Below, piece after piece: positions 37,343 through 51,400 of a stretch of DNA of 64,000 nt. The position numbers and the translations under genes are program-made. How positions within the stretch are numbered: position 1 is the first letter of the stretch; the number at the start of each line of letters is the position of its first letter. The stretch lies in IMG/VR virus record IMGVR_UViG_3300022200_004366; one strand, given 5' to 3'. The notes under the pieces were generated by a model, which saw only the letters and a program-made list of their open reading frames with translations, searched no databases and was not told the origin of the DNA. Origin of the DNA: an uncultured virus (IMG/VR IMGVR_UViG_3300022200_004366) (taxonomy: Duplodnaviria; Heunggongvirae; Uroviricota; Caudoviricetes).

Positions 37343-38698
37343 TTAAAAATTAATTTTAACGACTGCTTCTACTGTGCCTTCGCCGGTTGTCTCTTTTGTA
37401 TTTAGCGCACGTCCAATTATATTGTGTGCGGTTGCTTCGCCGTCTTGTGCTGCTCTAGCAAAGCCATTACCTGCGCTAACTAGGCGATCGCCTTTGTTTA
37501 CAGTTCCAATAACTTTAACTGGCACACGTCCGTTCATAGCGACCGGTGGGTGTGTAGCATCTGATCCTGCTGTTGCGTTCATTAGATACGCAGCACGGTC
37601 TGAGATAACACCAAAGACGTTTTCACTTAATTCGTCAATGGCTTTAGTAATTTCAGCGATACCACCTAATTCAACTACAGTACCTGCTTCATATGCAGCA
37701 TCGGCTTCAAAGCGTTCTGCCAAGTCAGCGTATTGTGCTGTAGATGCTGTACCGCTAAAGGTATTAGCGTAAATTGTTCCAAATTTAGATCCACTAGCAC
37801 CAATATTAGTTGTTCCAGCAACACCCGGAAGTACATCTTTAGTGGCGCCATCAAGATTTAAAACTGTAGTTACGCCTGAAACAGAGTTATTAATTTTAAG
37901 ATTAATATCGCCGTTTGAAGTGGTATTAGAAATATTTACGTCGTTTGTAGCCACGCTAATAGTACAATCACTATCAGCACCAACTGCTAACCCTGAGTCG
38001 TTTAATACACCAAGCGTTCCAACTGTGGTGTCGTTGCCAGTAGCACTTAAGAAACCAGTGCTATCAATACCGTCAAGTAATTGAGCGTCAGTTGATGTAC
38101 CCTGGAATAGTGCGTTAGAAACTGTTGAGCTCAATTGGATACCTGGTTTAATTGTAGCAAATCCTGTAATTCCAGCTGCTGGAGTAAATGTAGCATCTTT
38201 GCTTACAATACCAACAATAGTATCTTCAACATATAATTTAACTACAACATGGCTAACAGCACCACTATCAGTAACTGTATCAACGATAGCGCCTGATGTG
38301 CCAGTACCTGTTGTAAACGCTGGTCCAATTAGAACCCAGCTAGTTCCGTTGTATACTTTCAACTGACTGTTTGTTGAATCAAACCATAAATCGCCTGACA
38401 CAGCGCCAGTTGGAGTAGAGCTACTTGATGTAGCAGCGCCTAAGTTCTTCCATTGAGAACCACTATAAACTTTCAATAGTGTGTTAGCCGTGTCAAACCA
38501 TAACTGGCCAGCAAGTGGAGCTGATGGCGCAGTAGAATTGGCATGATTTTCAAGTAACTTGATAAAATTTTCGCCTAAAAACTCGCCATAACCAGCATAG
38601 TTTTTACCGATAATAGTTAAGCTACTTGACGTGTTAATTGTACCGTCTGAAACTGTTGCAAATACACTACCGTTTGTTTTATTAATCGTATAAGCCAT
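37343..38698 (-). CDS. tail-fibre-like protein with C-terminal chaperone/peptidase-G2-like domain
   Basis: Two GxLWFD..LKVY.G..W repeats; C-terminal AQYADLAERF...GVIS...GRVPVKVIG..KGDRLVS. Confidence 0.7.
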   Translation of the reverse strand: MAYTINKTNGSVFATVSDGTINTSSSLTIIGKNYAGYGEFLGENFIKLLENHANSTAPSAPLAGQLWFDTANTLLKVYSGSQWKNLGAATSSSSTPTGAVSGDLWFDSTNSQLKVYNGTSWVLIGPAFTTGTGTSGAIVDTVTDSGAVSHVVVKLYVEDTIVGIVSKDATFTPAAGITGFATIKPGIQLSSTVSNALFQGTSTDAQLLDGIDSTGFLSATGNDTTVGTLGVLNDSGLAVGADSDCTISVATNDVNISNTTSNGDINLKINNSVSGVTTVLNLDGATKDVLPGVAGTTNIGASGSKFGTIYANTFSGTASTAQYADLAERFEADAAYEAGTVVELGGIAEITKAIDELSENVFGVISDRAAYLMNATAGSDATHPPVAMNGRVPVKVIGTVNKGDRLVSAGNGFARAAQDGEATAHNIIGRALNTKETTGEGTVEAVVKINF

Positions 38699-38735
38699 TG
38701 TTGACTAACTCCAAAATCTGTTTAATATATAACGT

Positions 38736-38743
38736 TATTTATA
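38736..38743 (-). promoter_or_regulatory. T4 late-type promoter TATAAATA
   Basis: Exact match upstream of the GGAG RBS of the fibre gene. Confidence 0.7.
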
Positions 38744-38763
38744 CTAAAATTATCTACGCATAT

Positions 38764-39423
38764 TTATGTTGTGCTTAAATTAGTTAAAGTTTGAATTCGT
38801 ATTGTATAATCAATCTGAATCTGTCTGTTCAAACTCTTCTGTACCGGATGGAACACAACATGTGTAATTAGTTTTAAATTACTAGAACTACCGTTCCAGG
38901 CCTTAAGGCCTAATTCATCAAATACATAATCGCCATCGAGGTTAGTACTATTATCAAACGCTTGTTGTCCAGCAGGTTCACCATAATCCAAAAGACAACT
39001 AACAAGGATATCTGTATAAACACGTCCTGATGTATGTAATACTGTTAAATTATTGCGACTAATGTCTGTATTTGTTGATGAGTTATCGTCGACTACCTTT
39101 CTATGTGTTAAATTATATAAATCGGCATTTTGTCCGGTGGTATTTGGTGGCAAGTAAGTAATTACTCCTGTAGGATCAACACTTGTTCCACCATTACCAA
39201 AACTCATTTCATAAATGTAACCTAAATTTTTATTAGCAAGACTTTGCGCTAGAGCTTCACTCATATTCTCATAGTGAATAGCATTTCTTTTGTCAATAAA
39301 CACTTCTTTAGTGTTAGGATCAAAAATCTTAATATGCCCTTGAATATGGACGGATCCGCTTTCAGTTGGCTTGCGTTCATTATTGTTCATAGTATTCTTT
39401 TTTTCAGTCTTGCTGTTATTCAT
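38764..39423 (-). CDS. virion structural protein (tail/baseplate-associated)
   Basis: GHIKI..NAIH, FGNGG, FDELGL, THVVFHPVQKSLNR..IDYTIRI pattern; position in the tail module. Confidence 0.6.
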   Translation of the reverse strand: MNNSKTEKKNTMNNNERKPTESGSVHIQGHIKIFDPNTKEVFIDKRNAIHYENMSEALAQSLANKNLGYIYEMSFGNGGTSVDPTGVITYLPPNTTGQNADLYNLTHRKVVDDNSSTNTDISRNNLTVLHTSGRVYTDILVSCLLDYGEPAGQQAFDNSTNLDGDYVFDELGLKAWNGSSSNLKLITHVVFHPVQKSLNRQIQIDYTIRIQTLTNLSTT

Positions 39424-39424
39424 T

Positions 39425-39436
39425 GTATTATTTATG
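39425..39436 (-). promoter_or_regulatory. late-type promoter CATAAATAATAC
   Basis: Identical 12-mer also at 56117-56128; both are intergenic and upstream of structural genes. Confidence 0.65.
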
Positions 39437-39441
39437 ATCCG

Positions 39442-42400
39442 TTAATCGCCTCGTAGGAATCGTGCAGCATAGGTGTTTTGCTTTTGTAACGCATTACCGT
39501 CGGCGGCAGTTCCTACCCCTGGTGCGTACCAAATGCGGTCATATTCGGTATCTAGTAGATTACCTCGACTCATGTCGTTAACCTGGGTATTCACTTGGTG
39601 TTCTCTGACACTGGTGCCAGCAGTACCTCTTCGAAGTCCACTGATAGAGTTGTTTTCTAAATTACGTTCTCTATAAGTAATACGTTCTCCGTTAACATTC
39701 ACAATGCCAAAGATACCAGCATCAAGATTTGGCTCACCTAGTTTACTTACATCATTAACATAGATTGTATCACTCCATGGTTTAAGTTGTTCTGTTAAGT
39801 ATGTAGTAGATGCTGGGATCATTCTATATACCGCTGCGTTGCCTCTCATGTCATTGAATATTTTGAATGCTAGTTCATCCGGTACCAGACTTTCAGTAAA
39901 TGAAGTGATTACAACCTTACTGTTGGCGCCAACTGAATCTTCTGTAATGGTAATATACGTACCATCGCTACTTAGACTAAAGTTTTCACCAGGAAGCAGT
40001 CTACGGCCATCTAGTGTAACCCACAGTCTATCAGCATTTACAACAGTTCTATAAAGCTCAAATTCGTTTACACTTGAATCAATACCCGTTGCGTAATCCC
40101 ACGGTTCTGCGTCAAAAAGTTCAGTATCAAACAGCTCTGATATTGGAGTGTTTATAACCTTAGGTCCGACATACGATACTGTTAACGGATCTTGTTTTCT
40201 TACATCTCTCCACGAAGTTACTGCTACAACATCTCCATTGCTTAATATAACACTAGAACTAGTAATTGTTAATTCGCTATTAACTCTATTAATTTTATAA
40301 TCAGCTGCCGAATTAATATAAATGTCAACATATCTGTTAGCACCTGGTGGGTTTAAGAATGTAACAAATCTCTCTGAACTTTCATCAGCAGAACTTAACC
40401 AATAATCCGACTCAGGAGTTTGTAATACATCACCAACAAATACTTCAATATCAGTGTAATCTAATAATGATTGATCAGTACCTGTGCGCTCACCATCAGG
40501 CAAATAAAAATCAATGGTTGTAGCATCGCCGGTTCTTCTAACCCCATCTGGCCCACGTAAGCGTTTACCATTAAGTTCAACAATTACATTTTCGAGAGCT
40601 GCTCCAGCAATATTTCCTTCGAGCATAAATGTACTCAATGCGTTAGTCGCTGTGAACACTTCAATTTGCGGGAAGCTGTATGAGTATTCGTCTAATGTCG
40701 AATCTGGACTATAGAAGTTTGGATCTCCAAATAGTGTAACACTAACAAAATCATTTGACGTATATGTTGTTCCGAACCTAAATTCTGTAACTCCTGATTC
40801 TACAGCAGAATATGTATAATCGGTAACTATGCTGCCGTTAACAACAATTAAGGTATTGTCTATATCGTCAAAATTAACATTAAATTTAACAGAATTTCCT
40901 ACCTTAGCACCATTTAACGCATCTCTATATATCTGGAAGGCCCCGCCAACTTCGTATACATAAATTTTAACACTATCACCGGAATTTACACCTGAGTTAA
41001 TATCAATTGTTCTATTTCCCCAGTTAATTGTAAAATCTCTATTTCTATACAATCTTGTGCCTGTACTACCATTGAATACCGCAATTTCAACCGGACTTTC
41101 AACAACTCCATCAAAACTAAAACCTAATCTGCCGTCGGCTACATAAGCAACGCTACTTACTTGGAAGCCATGCCCGTCATTATTATAATCATGCCCAGGT
41201 TGGGTATACACAGTCATATCTAATGTATCAAAAATTGCTCCTGGCACCAGTTCCTCTGGAGCGTGGGAATTATAAACATCGATGAAATCAGCACCGTCGG
41301 CAATAACAGATTCTACATTTGTGTTTGGAGGCGCACCGTCATAAGCAGCAGCTGGCAATGTTCCAAAATAGCTATCGGTAAAGTTAGAAACATACTCAGC
41401 ATCTAATATTTCTGGACTGTATGTTGGCAATCCTTCTGGGCCAAAATCAATATTATCCCACGGGTTTACATCAAAGTTACCAACATCAAACCCAGTGTTT
41501 TGATCAAATAATGGACCTTTAACTTGTACTCCAGGATAATCAATACCATCAATTAACAATGCTATATCTAACCCTGGATTGTTTACGTCTGCTACATATA
41601 ATCCTGAGGTACGGTCTATCCCGCTAAGTGTGTCGGCTGCTACTAACTCATATAATGCTGGATCAAATTCGGATTCGCTTGCTGTACTACCGTCAGCATT
41701 AATAGCACGGTACACCTTATTATTATAACGTACCAATTGATTTTCGTTATATACTGTATTCGCTTCCCAATCTAAAACTTGCGATTCATATTCATACCGA
41801 TCGTATCTTAGAACAGTCTTAATACTTCTGACTAATTCGTTTGACATGTACGCTGTAGCAGTTGCTCCTGTGCCATTTCCTCCAACAAGAGTTACTGTAG
41901 GAGTTTCTCTATATCCAATTCCGTCAACCGTTATTTGTATATCAATAACTTGTCCAACGGAGTTGATTAATGCGATTGCTTCGGCTGCCTGGTCGGCAGT
42001 ACCGCTAATTACTACACGTGGCGCAACGGTGTAATTTGAACCACTATCTGTAACTACAATACTGTCTACATTAAGTTTATGGTTATTATACCATGTTGAC
42101 CACGGACGTACTGCCCATACTGCGTCAGTATCCTGTCTGTTACTAACGTCGGTTTCTAACAACGCGATGCCGTCGTCTAATATCGGGCTTACAAATTTTT
42201 CATATGTTGAATCAAATGCTGCTGGACAATCGTAATCGTATACATTACCAGATATTGTGTCTAGACCTTCATACGATAACAAAAACTCTTTAACTTTAGT
42301 ATGATATGGTTTAGATTCGTTGATATAATCTTCGACGAATGTTTGATTATCTTTTCTATAAACGTTATACTGTATAAGCTCGCGGACTCGATGTTTAACA

Positions 42401-45400
42401 TCAATTAGTGATGTTTTATACAACCAATCAACTGCCCCGTGCTCTGCTAGAATGTAGTTAAACACACTGATTAATAATTGATTACGATGGTCTAGAAAAT
42501 CGCCTACAAATATTTCTTCGTTAATTGCTCGAATAATCTGTCTTGTTTCGATAACAGGCTGTTGATCAAAATATTGAGCGTCAAATACTTCCGAATCGAA
42601 TCCGTAACGTCCTGCTGAATAATTCCACAGTTCTTGTTTAAATTCAATTGTTCCGTCTTCGAGGCCTACACGGGTCCATTCTATATTATTACTCGAATAA
42701 ACATAAAGTTCCCATTTACCATTACTGTTTAACCTAACCTTAGCTAATGTACCATCACTAACTGATAACGACAATAATTCACTATAAGTATCGACTGTTA
42801 ATGATGGTTTTGATAAGTTGGTATACCCTGCTTCATACCAATCAATGTAGTTCCAATAGTTTGGTGTATTATAATTTTGTACTCTTATTAGTTGTAATGT
42901 TTTGTTGTTTTGTACTTCGTAAATTGTCCAGCGACCGTTGTTGTCGCTATCTACTCTAACAAGATACTTGTAACCAACATCTACTGTCAATAAATCTTGA
43001 TAATTTAATTCTTCGAGATCATCAACTCTGGCGTCCCATGCGCCACTTGCTGCCACTGGTTCTTCTTCTTTACTGGCTAAAATATTAAACGTTCTTAATT
43101 CAGCCAATGGGTGGTCAGTTATTAAGCTGTTTGCTTTGTTTATATAAGATTTTAACGCAGCATAGCGATCACGGAATAGGCTCTTTCTTGGGCGGAAATC
43201 AATCCCATAACGGTCAGTTGGACTCAGTGTTACATCTGGTACTAGATTGCCAACTGTGTCCGCTCCACAGAAACTATCTTGTAATTTTCTATACAATCCT
43301 TCAGGTAAGAAGTCTCTAGAATAATTTTCTCTGATTAAATCATATTCAACAAAAATCTTATTGTCTGAGTATGATTGGTTATATTCTACGTGAAGAATGC
43401 TTTCATTATTATCGACAATATAATCAGCAGTATTGTATAAAGCGATTACATTTTTTCTAATAAGCGCAGCATACGGAATTCCTGATTGTTGTGGATATTC
43501 AATATACGAAGCAATCGTGCTTGGACTTAAAGTTTTTCCTGCGGTTTTATTTACAGTTGTATTATTTTTAACCCAGAAATAATACTTAGTAATTACAGTA
43601 TTTGTTCGATCTACACCCGAAAGTGTTGAATAATTAGTTGTACTTCTAACGGTACCCGGTCCAGAATACTGTGATGGCGGTACTAAACTCTCAACCCACT
43701 CGTATACTTCAATGATGCTATCTGTAGCAAAAGTACCCCAATTTTTAGCACTATATACGATATCGGACTGATTATAATTTATATAACGAGTGTTTGTAGT
43801 ATCCCACCATAACTTACCAACATGAGCTGAGCTCCAAGTGATGTCTTTATTAACAGTTTGGTTATTATATCTAGCTGGGTCATTGGCTCCAGTGTAGTCT
43901 AAGTTTTGTTGTACTACTCCTAATAGTTTATTGTTAATCGGATCAATGAAATCTAAATAAGTGGTTAATTGCGAGTCTGCTGAATTATAAAGATATATAG
44001 AGCCGATTAAATCCGTGTCAACAGAATCAGGCTGTTGTTGAATTATTTTCCAGGCCTGCTCACGTGTTGGGTTTTCGTAAATAACAATCTCGCCAACATT
44101 TTTGGTGTTTGCGTCAGCGCCTGGGCTAGTAATAATTAATAAGTTATCTGTAAAGTTTACACATTTTCCAAACTTGTCAAGTGGGTCAACTGTTGAATTA
44201 ATTATTTGCTGTCCAAACACAAATTTGCCTGGAACAGCATAACTTGAACTTGGTAATAAATCAAAAGTATATACAGCCCCTGCTTCAACAACGCGATCAA
44301 TTAGTTTAGTAGCATCGCTATCAAATTCCGTTTCGTCATTGTCAAATGTTGTTGGTAGATACGACGTTGCTTGCTCAGACCCAACAACTAGATTAGTTGC
44401 CGAATAATCAACATGAACGCTACTACCAAATCTACTATACTCTTCTGGTCGTGGACTTCTAATCACTTGTACATTTACAAATGGTTCCAACCCTAAATCA
44501 TTGAACGCTGTTCCAATACCTGGCATAACAGTCATTTTACTTAAAGATGGAGCTTCCTGAGCATTAATTACACTAATTACTAGTTTATTATTAGCTGTTG
44601 TTGCGTGTACGTTCGGAATAATAGAGTTATTAATATCATCTACAACTTGGGATAATGTAGTATTTGTAAAAACTACATCAACATTATTAATACGAATACT
44701 ATGTCCAACTGTTACAGTTGGGTTTTCGACGGTGCCTGTTATCAACCCAAACACTCGTGCGCCATTTAAGTAACGAGTTACGCTACCTGCTTCTGGTAAT
44801 ATGTGATGATCGCGAGGAGCACTTACATATAATGAACAATCTGTTCTACAAACACTAAGTTGAGATCCAAAGTACGCACCCTGGTTATTATTTAATAGTG
44901 TTAATGTTTGTACTAGATTGTAATTGTTAATATCAATATCAATTTTGTCGCCAACATTTAAATTAACTTCACTGGCAATTTCAACTGAATTTGTTACAGT
45001 ATTAATAGAATAACTATATCCAATATTATTGATGTTAATCAGTTGTTTTGTTCCATTTATGTAAACGGAATTTTTATTTGATAAATTTCGCAATGCGGAA
45101 TAATTTCTTGTTAATGAATCTTCAACTATGCGGCGTTCTACAACCCTTTCGTATATGAATGTTTTACCTGCGTTGTTTAAACCGTCAAATGATGCTTCTG
45201 GCGCAGCAATAATAACTTGTTGTCCATCGCTGGTAGTTGCTACTTTCTCGCCAAATCTATTAGACCCTAACAACGGACTTGATATTGTGTTTTTGAACAT
45301 CCAATGATCAGTTGCTCTGAATGATACAGTATCACCATTTGCTGGAGCAGTGACAAATGTTACATATTGAGTTGCGGTATCAAATGTGTAATCATAATAT

Positions 45401-48400
45401 GGACGTTGTAGTACACCGCCAACATACACACTAAACATTTCAATTGTTTGCGCTGTGTATAATGTCGATGGGTGTGTATAAACTGTTGTTGATCCATCGC
45501 CAGTGGTTTCTACTGCGCTCTTTCTTGTTACTTCAACAATTGATCCAACGTCAAGCGAACCAAAGATTTGTAAATTAGTGCCGGTTAACGCATATTCCGA
45601 CGATGCTTGTATTACGTCGTCAACTGTAACAGTAATTTGTGTAGCGTTATTAACTTCTATCAATCCGTCAATATTGTAAATATCAATGCCACCGGTGCTA
45701 GTAAAAGTAGCTGTTTGATCTTGATATGTTATTCTTTCATATGCAAAAACTTTTTCTGCTGCTGGTGCGCCAACATAAATCCAATTTTCATTTTCGCTAA
45801 CAACAACGTCAGATCCAAATTGATCTGCTCCTGAAATACTGATTCCATTTGGGGTAGTTAGGTATTGCCAGGATTGGAATAAATTCTGTGCTGGATTTCT
45901 ATAAATTACTACAGCAAGACCTTGATTGCTAATGCTTTCATTTGCTCCAACCACTGCCCAATTAGTGGACATTGACGCAGAATTACCAAACCCAGCTGCT
46001 TTATTTGCCCCTTGCGTGATTAATGCCGAGAATACATATGTATTTTTATCTTTGTTGTAGCAGTAAATCGCGCCATCTGCCGATCCTGAGGCATAATCTG
46101 GAGCCCCTACTATAAGTCCAGAATCATTAAACCCTTGCGCCAAACTAGCACCAAAATTATAGTTTCCAGTTGCGCCTGGAGCGTACTGACGGGTAACTAA
46201 ATCAAAAGGTGTTGTTTTTTCGTATACTTCCCATTTTCCGTCAATATTACCATTGACCCATACACGATCGCCAGCAAGAATATTATTATTATATTCTGTA
46301 TCAGCAATATCGCTAGGTTGAGAAACCTTAGCTGTTAATAATTTAAATACAATCCCCGAGCCTGTAAGTTCAGACACATCTCCATCAAGTGATCCCGAAA
46401 CTGTAATTGTTTTAACATCAAGAACATCGATTACTCTATGAGTGCCATTTATTTCTGAATTAAAATATTTGGCAATAATCAAATCATTTTTTACTAAGTT
46501 AGTAGTAGCGTCAAATTCTAATGTTAATGTGTTGTTAAGGTTGTCAATCACACTAATCAAGGTCGGATCAATAACACTACAACGATAAACATTCCAATTA
46601 TATTTGTTTTCCTTAGCTACCCATACATAGGCTCCGTCACGAATTAAATTTAAATTATTGTTTATTTCTGTTAAATCATTAAGATCATATAGGCTAATGT
46701 CAATGTCGTCTTTGTTAACAAACCCAGCAGTCGGTAGTGTTGCGTCAGTAACTACTTTATTTAAAGTTGGGAAAATATTAATAGTAGAATTTTTAACACT
46801 TTGTTTGTAAATACTATTAATGTCTACAAATTGATCAGCATCAGATTCAGTTCCAAACGCATTAATTTCAATCACCGTTGGATTTGAACTTGTTGAATCC
46901 TTATCCAGCGCAACCTCAATGAATCGTTTGTTATCGCTAGCGCCATATGTAGCACGCCTAACTGCCCAATTTTCATAAATGTCGTATTCTGATGTTTCTT
47001 TATCAAATTCAACGCCTTTAAATAGATTTGCGTTCAGTACAGTGCCTTTGCCTTCGATTAGATCGCTATACACACTAACCTGACTTATATCGTCGAGGTT
47101 TAGACTTTCTAAATATCCTCTTGGTCTAAATCCAATAATACCTAATGCTAACAAGTCAACATCTGTCTCAAGATTAGCAACACTACTATTGTAGAACTTC
47201 GTAATTTGATCTGCTTTAGAGTTGATGTTTGGTAGTAAGCCTTTATTAACTAGCTGATAATCAATTTTAGTCCATTGGTCAAAATCAAATTGTTCTTCTG
47301 GTTGTATCTTTTTGGCTGCGGTCCAGTATGAATTTTTATACCTAACCATATCGCCTTTGTTATAAGCGTTATTTTGATTCCACTGCGGAACGTTATCTTG
47401 GTTTAAGATAAATCCTTGCGCATCAAGCTGTCCGTTCCATTCAAATGTTGTAAAGCCGTTTATTTTAATACGCTGTTGTCTTAGACCGGTAACTGGTTGA
47501 TACATCAAGTCATTGAAGATACTAACATTATCTACTACCAGTAAATGTTCGTAACTGGTATTTCTTAATCGTAGATAACTTAACGACTTGTCTGCCAGTA
47601 TTGTGATTTTAAAGTTGTTGTCTAGACGTGTAATAGCGTAATCTTTCTTCTGGAGAACCTGACGATTCTGATCTAACATTTGATCATTTACATCTAAGTC
47701 GTTGATATTATCAACCACACTAAATTCTCTATTGTATTGAAGTACATTAGCAGCAGCATTAAGATTAATTAGACTTCCAACTGTCCAATTCTGGTTGGCC
47801 CAGTAAACAAATTCTTGTGCCATACGGCCCCAATCAAGCACGTAATTGTTCTCTGTATCTTCAAACACAAACCCTGCGGTTTCTAAGAACTTACCATAAC
47901 TTATTAAGAAATCAACAACACTATTAATGTTCTTAAATGTATACCCGTATGGTACCCTTACAACTCGATTAGTAAAACTGTTAGGAATACGAATAGTTGT
48001 GCTGCCCACAGTGGCTGTGGTGTAATCACCATTTGTTGTACTTTGTAATATGCGAAAGTATGCTTGAGTGCTGCTATTTCCATAAACAGCAAATCCGTCA
48101 ACTGTTCGTTGAACCATTACGCTTGAATATTGTACGTCCCCAAATGGTTGATTTTTATATAATAATAAGCTATAACTTTCATCTGGAATCAATAGGCTTG
48201 TATTTGAGCTGTTTGGTGAACTTTTATCAGTGAATATTTTTAAGTAGTTCTTATCTGTAAATCCAGCCATACGATAACATAGTTTTACATCAACTGAGTT
48301 AATGCTATCAATCAATGATTGGCCAGACAGTATGCCTTTGCTTCTATTATATTCAATTATCCAATTAATATAACTATTTTTTGGTGTAGTGTCTGAATAA

Positions 48401-51400
48401 ATTTCCGTATTTCTAAAATCTAATCTATAGCGGTTGTCGTAAACATATTCATTAACTAATGTATTATAGCGGTACCGATCCAGGTCTATGTTTAGAGCGA
48501 AGAATTCAGCAGGTTTAGTCAAAGCAAATAATTTTTGTACAACAAACGGCCAGACACTTGAACGACGCCAAGCTGATTCCACTGGTCCAACATCACCAAC
48601 TACCCAACTTTTTACAAAGTCTGTTTCATTGTAACTAGAAACTAAGAACTCAAAGGGATTGCGTAACTTGCCTGAGCTGGTTACTGGAATAATATTGCTT
48701 AAACCTGGTCGAGCATATCGAGCATCATATGTTTCGTCATTTCGATTATAGCCGGCTTCCAGGTCGTCCCAGAGAATTTCGTTGCCAGATGTATATGGAG
48801 CTGGTCCGTAACGATCTTCCCACCAAGATGGTTTAATAGCAAATCCTAACATTTCCCATGGATGCGTATGAGGGCGGTCGGTATCATAATAATATTTGTA
48901 AATACCTCTCCAGTGTCCTTTTAAAGGAGTGCTGTCTAACGCACTACCTGTAGTACTATAATTCCATGTAAACGAGTTATTCGCTCTGTATTCTTGTGTT
49001 TTATAATCAATTTTATTCCATCCACACCAATCAAGCATTTCAGCTGACAGTAACTCAGTTATTTCTACATCCGTGTAATCGGTAGCACGGAATTTACCTG
49101 GAATAACATCAGCTAATTTCAACGGAATACTGTCATTTGACAAACTTTTTAGATTATTGTAAATTCTGCGTTCAAATTCAAGCAATACATAATCTCTAAC
49201 ATCATTGAACCCAATGGTAATACTACCGTCATGCCCTTGTATTACTGTTTGAGGGGTAACATACGTATCATCGACATATATCTTTGGTTCAAAACGAGCG
49301 TATGATCCAATTTTAGTTGGTGTAGGTGGAACAAAATTACCATATGTTGACGAGTATTCTCTGACTCTAATTGTATCGCCAACAGAAGGAGTAAACAGTA
49401 AGGTGAATCTTGGGCCGTCTGTTGCTACTGTATAATCAAGATCCTTAGTAAGAATTTCGTTATTATAATAAATTAATAATGCTGAACTATTAGATTTAGT
49501 AAAATCATATACATTAATGGTATTAAATGTATCTGTACTTATTGGATTAATTGTGTATACAGTTTCTTGATAATCGCCACCAAATGGCACCATGTCACTC
49601 CAATAGAAGGCTGTGTCTTTGGTTTTGCCGTGGTTAATACTAGCAAGAGCAGCATCAAGAATATCGTAATATTCCATGCCATAAGTGTCGTTATTTGCAA
49701 TCCAGTCAATTATTTGATGCTTAAACTTTTCATATTGTTTTGCACTGTATTCCAACGACGCAAAAAAGTCATATTTCTTTTTACGCAAGAAATGTGCCAT
49801 CGGCGCAACTGGAGCACTATGTTGTACAATAACATCACCATATTTCGCTACCGGTCCGAGTTCTTTTAAATTGTTTATTCCGTTAACTTCGCCAGTGAAC
49901 TCGGTGACATTTTCAATCAATCTGTTATAGTGATTTCTAATAGTTCCTAACGTAAATGTGTTTGTATTTTCATTAAAAATATTGCTTTCTAGGTTGCTTG
50001 GTATTTCATAATACCCAACACCGCTGGCGGTATCACTAATAACCTTGATTTGTACTGTACTTCCTGTTGCTATTGTAGAATCAAAAGAAATTGTTGTTTT
50101 GCCATTGGTAACCGCTGCGGTATAATGAGATGGTAATACAAATTTATTATTAGCATATACTTTGATTGCTGGTATAAGCAGGTCAATCTTAGGTGCTATA
50201 TCAATTACCAATGGGTCACCATTGTAAGTTAACGTAAATACTTGTCTTGACCAGTTGCGATCAGCACTGGCTGTCCAGCCAGTTTCTAACGTATAATTGG
50301 TTCTAGTAGAATATTGTCTTATAAACCCGGCGCTTACATTTTTGGTAACGCTGCTTCCGTCACTGACATAAATGAAATCATCAACATATAGGTTATTTTC
50401 AAAAACAATGTCACCTAAGTTATCAATATTAAGATATGTTAAAGGAAACTCTAAGACGTAATCATTAATGCCAGTTCCTCTTTTATATGAGAAAAGTTTA
50501 GTGCCAGCAAATGTGGTACTCGGATAAACAGAAATGTCACTATAACTATAACCATCTGAATCGAATACATCAAATAATGGTTCTTGATTAAGGCTAGTTT
50601 TTTGTTGCGCTTCGGCCCACGCAGAACCGGTATATCTATATACTTTTCCTTGTAGCGTAGCACCGTTAATACAAACTACCGTTTGATCTTCAAGCACAGC
50701 AGCGTCCGCTGCTGGAATTAAATTTATAATTTGTCCGTATTCAGTACTAGCATCATCTGGATCAACAATTTGTACTTCGTAAATCCGATTTCTAACTGTT
50801 AGATCATTATCAGCAGCAAAAATAATTCTAGATCCATTGATCAGTTCGTACCCATCAACATTGTATCTGGTACTGCCATGTACATTTGACAAAGCATCTG
50901 TTTGTGCTAGATCAATGATATCAATAGGACCTTTGCTTTCAGTTCCGTAATTATATAAACGTAGTCCTGAATCAAATTCGATAATTGGTCGTTTTGCTCT
51001 ATTATTGTTATCTAACTCTGCTACTGTGTTATTGTATTCAGCGGTAGCGTTTAAAACATCAATATGGAACCACCGGTTACTCCTATTCCAAGCATTGTGA
51101 TCAGTAGCAGAACGCTTAATTGTAATGTAATCTAACCCAGTTGGACTATTTAAATTAGCATCATACCCACTGGTGTCAAATGGGCTTAAATCATATTGCT
51201 CAGTATCTGTCCGAATGTAATCTTCAGGAGTTACTAAATCAGGAATATAAACTAATTCAATCGCTGCCCCTACCCCTTCAACGATATATTCTTGATCTTT
51301 ATATGTGGTTGGGACAGTATCGCTAGCAAATCTAATTCTTAAGCCGTTGATAAATGTTACGCCATTGGGACTTGTATAATTTTGTTTACCTACAATATCT

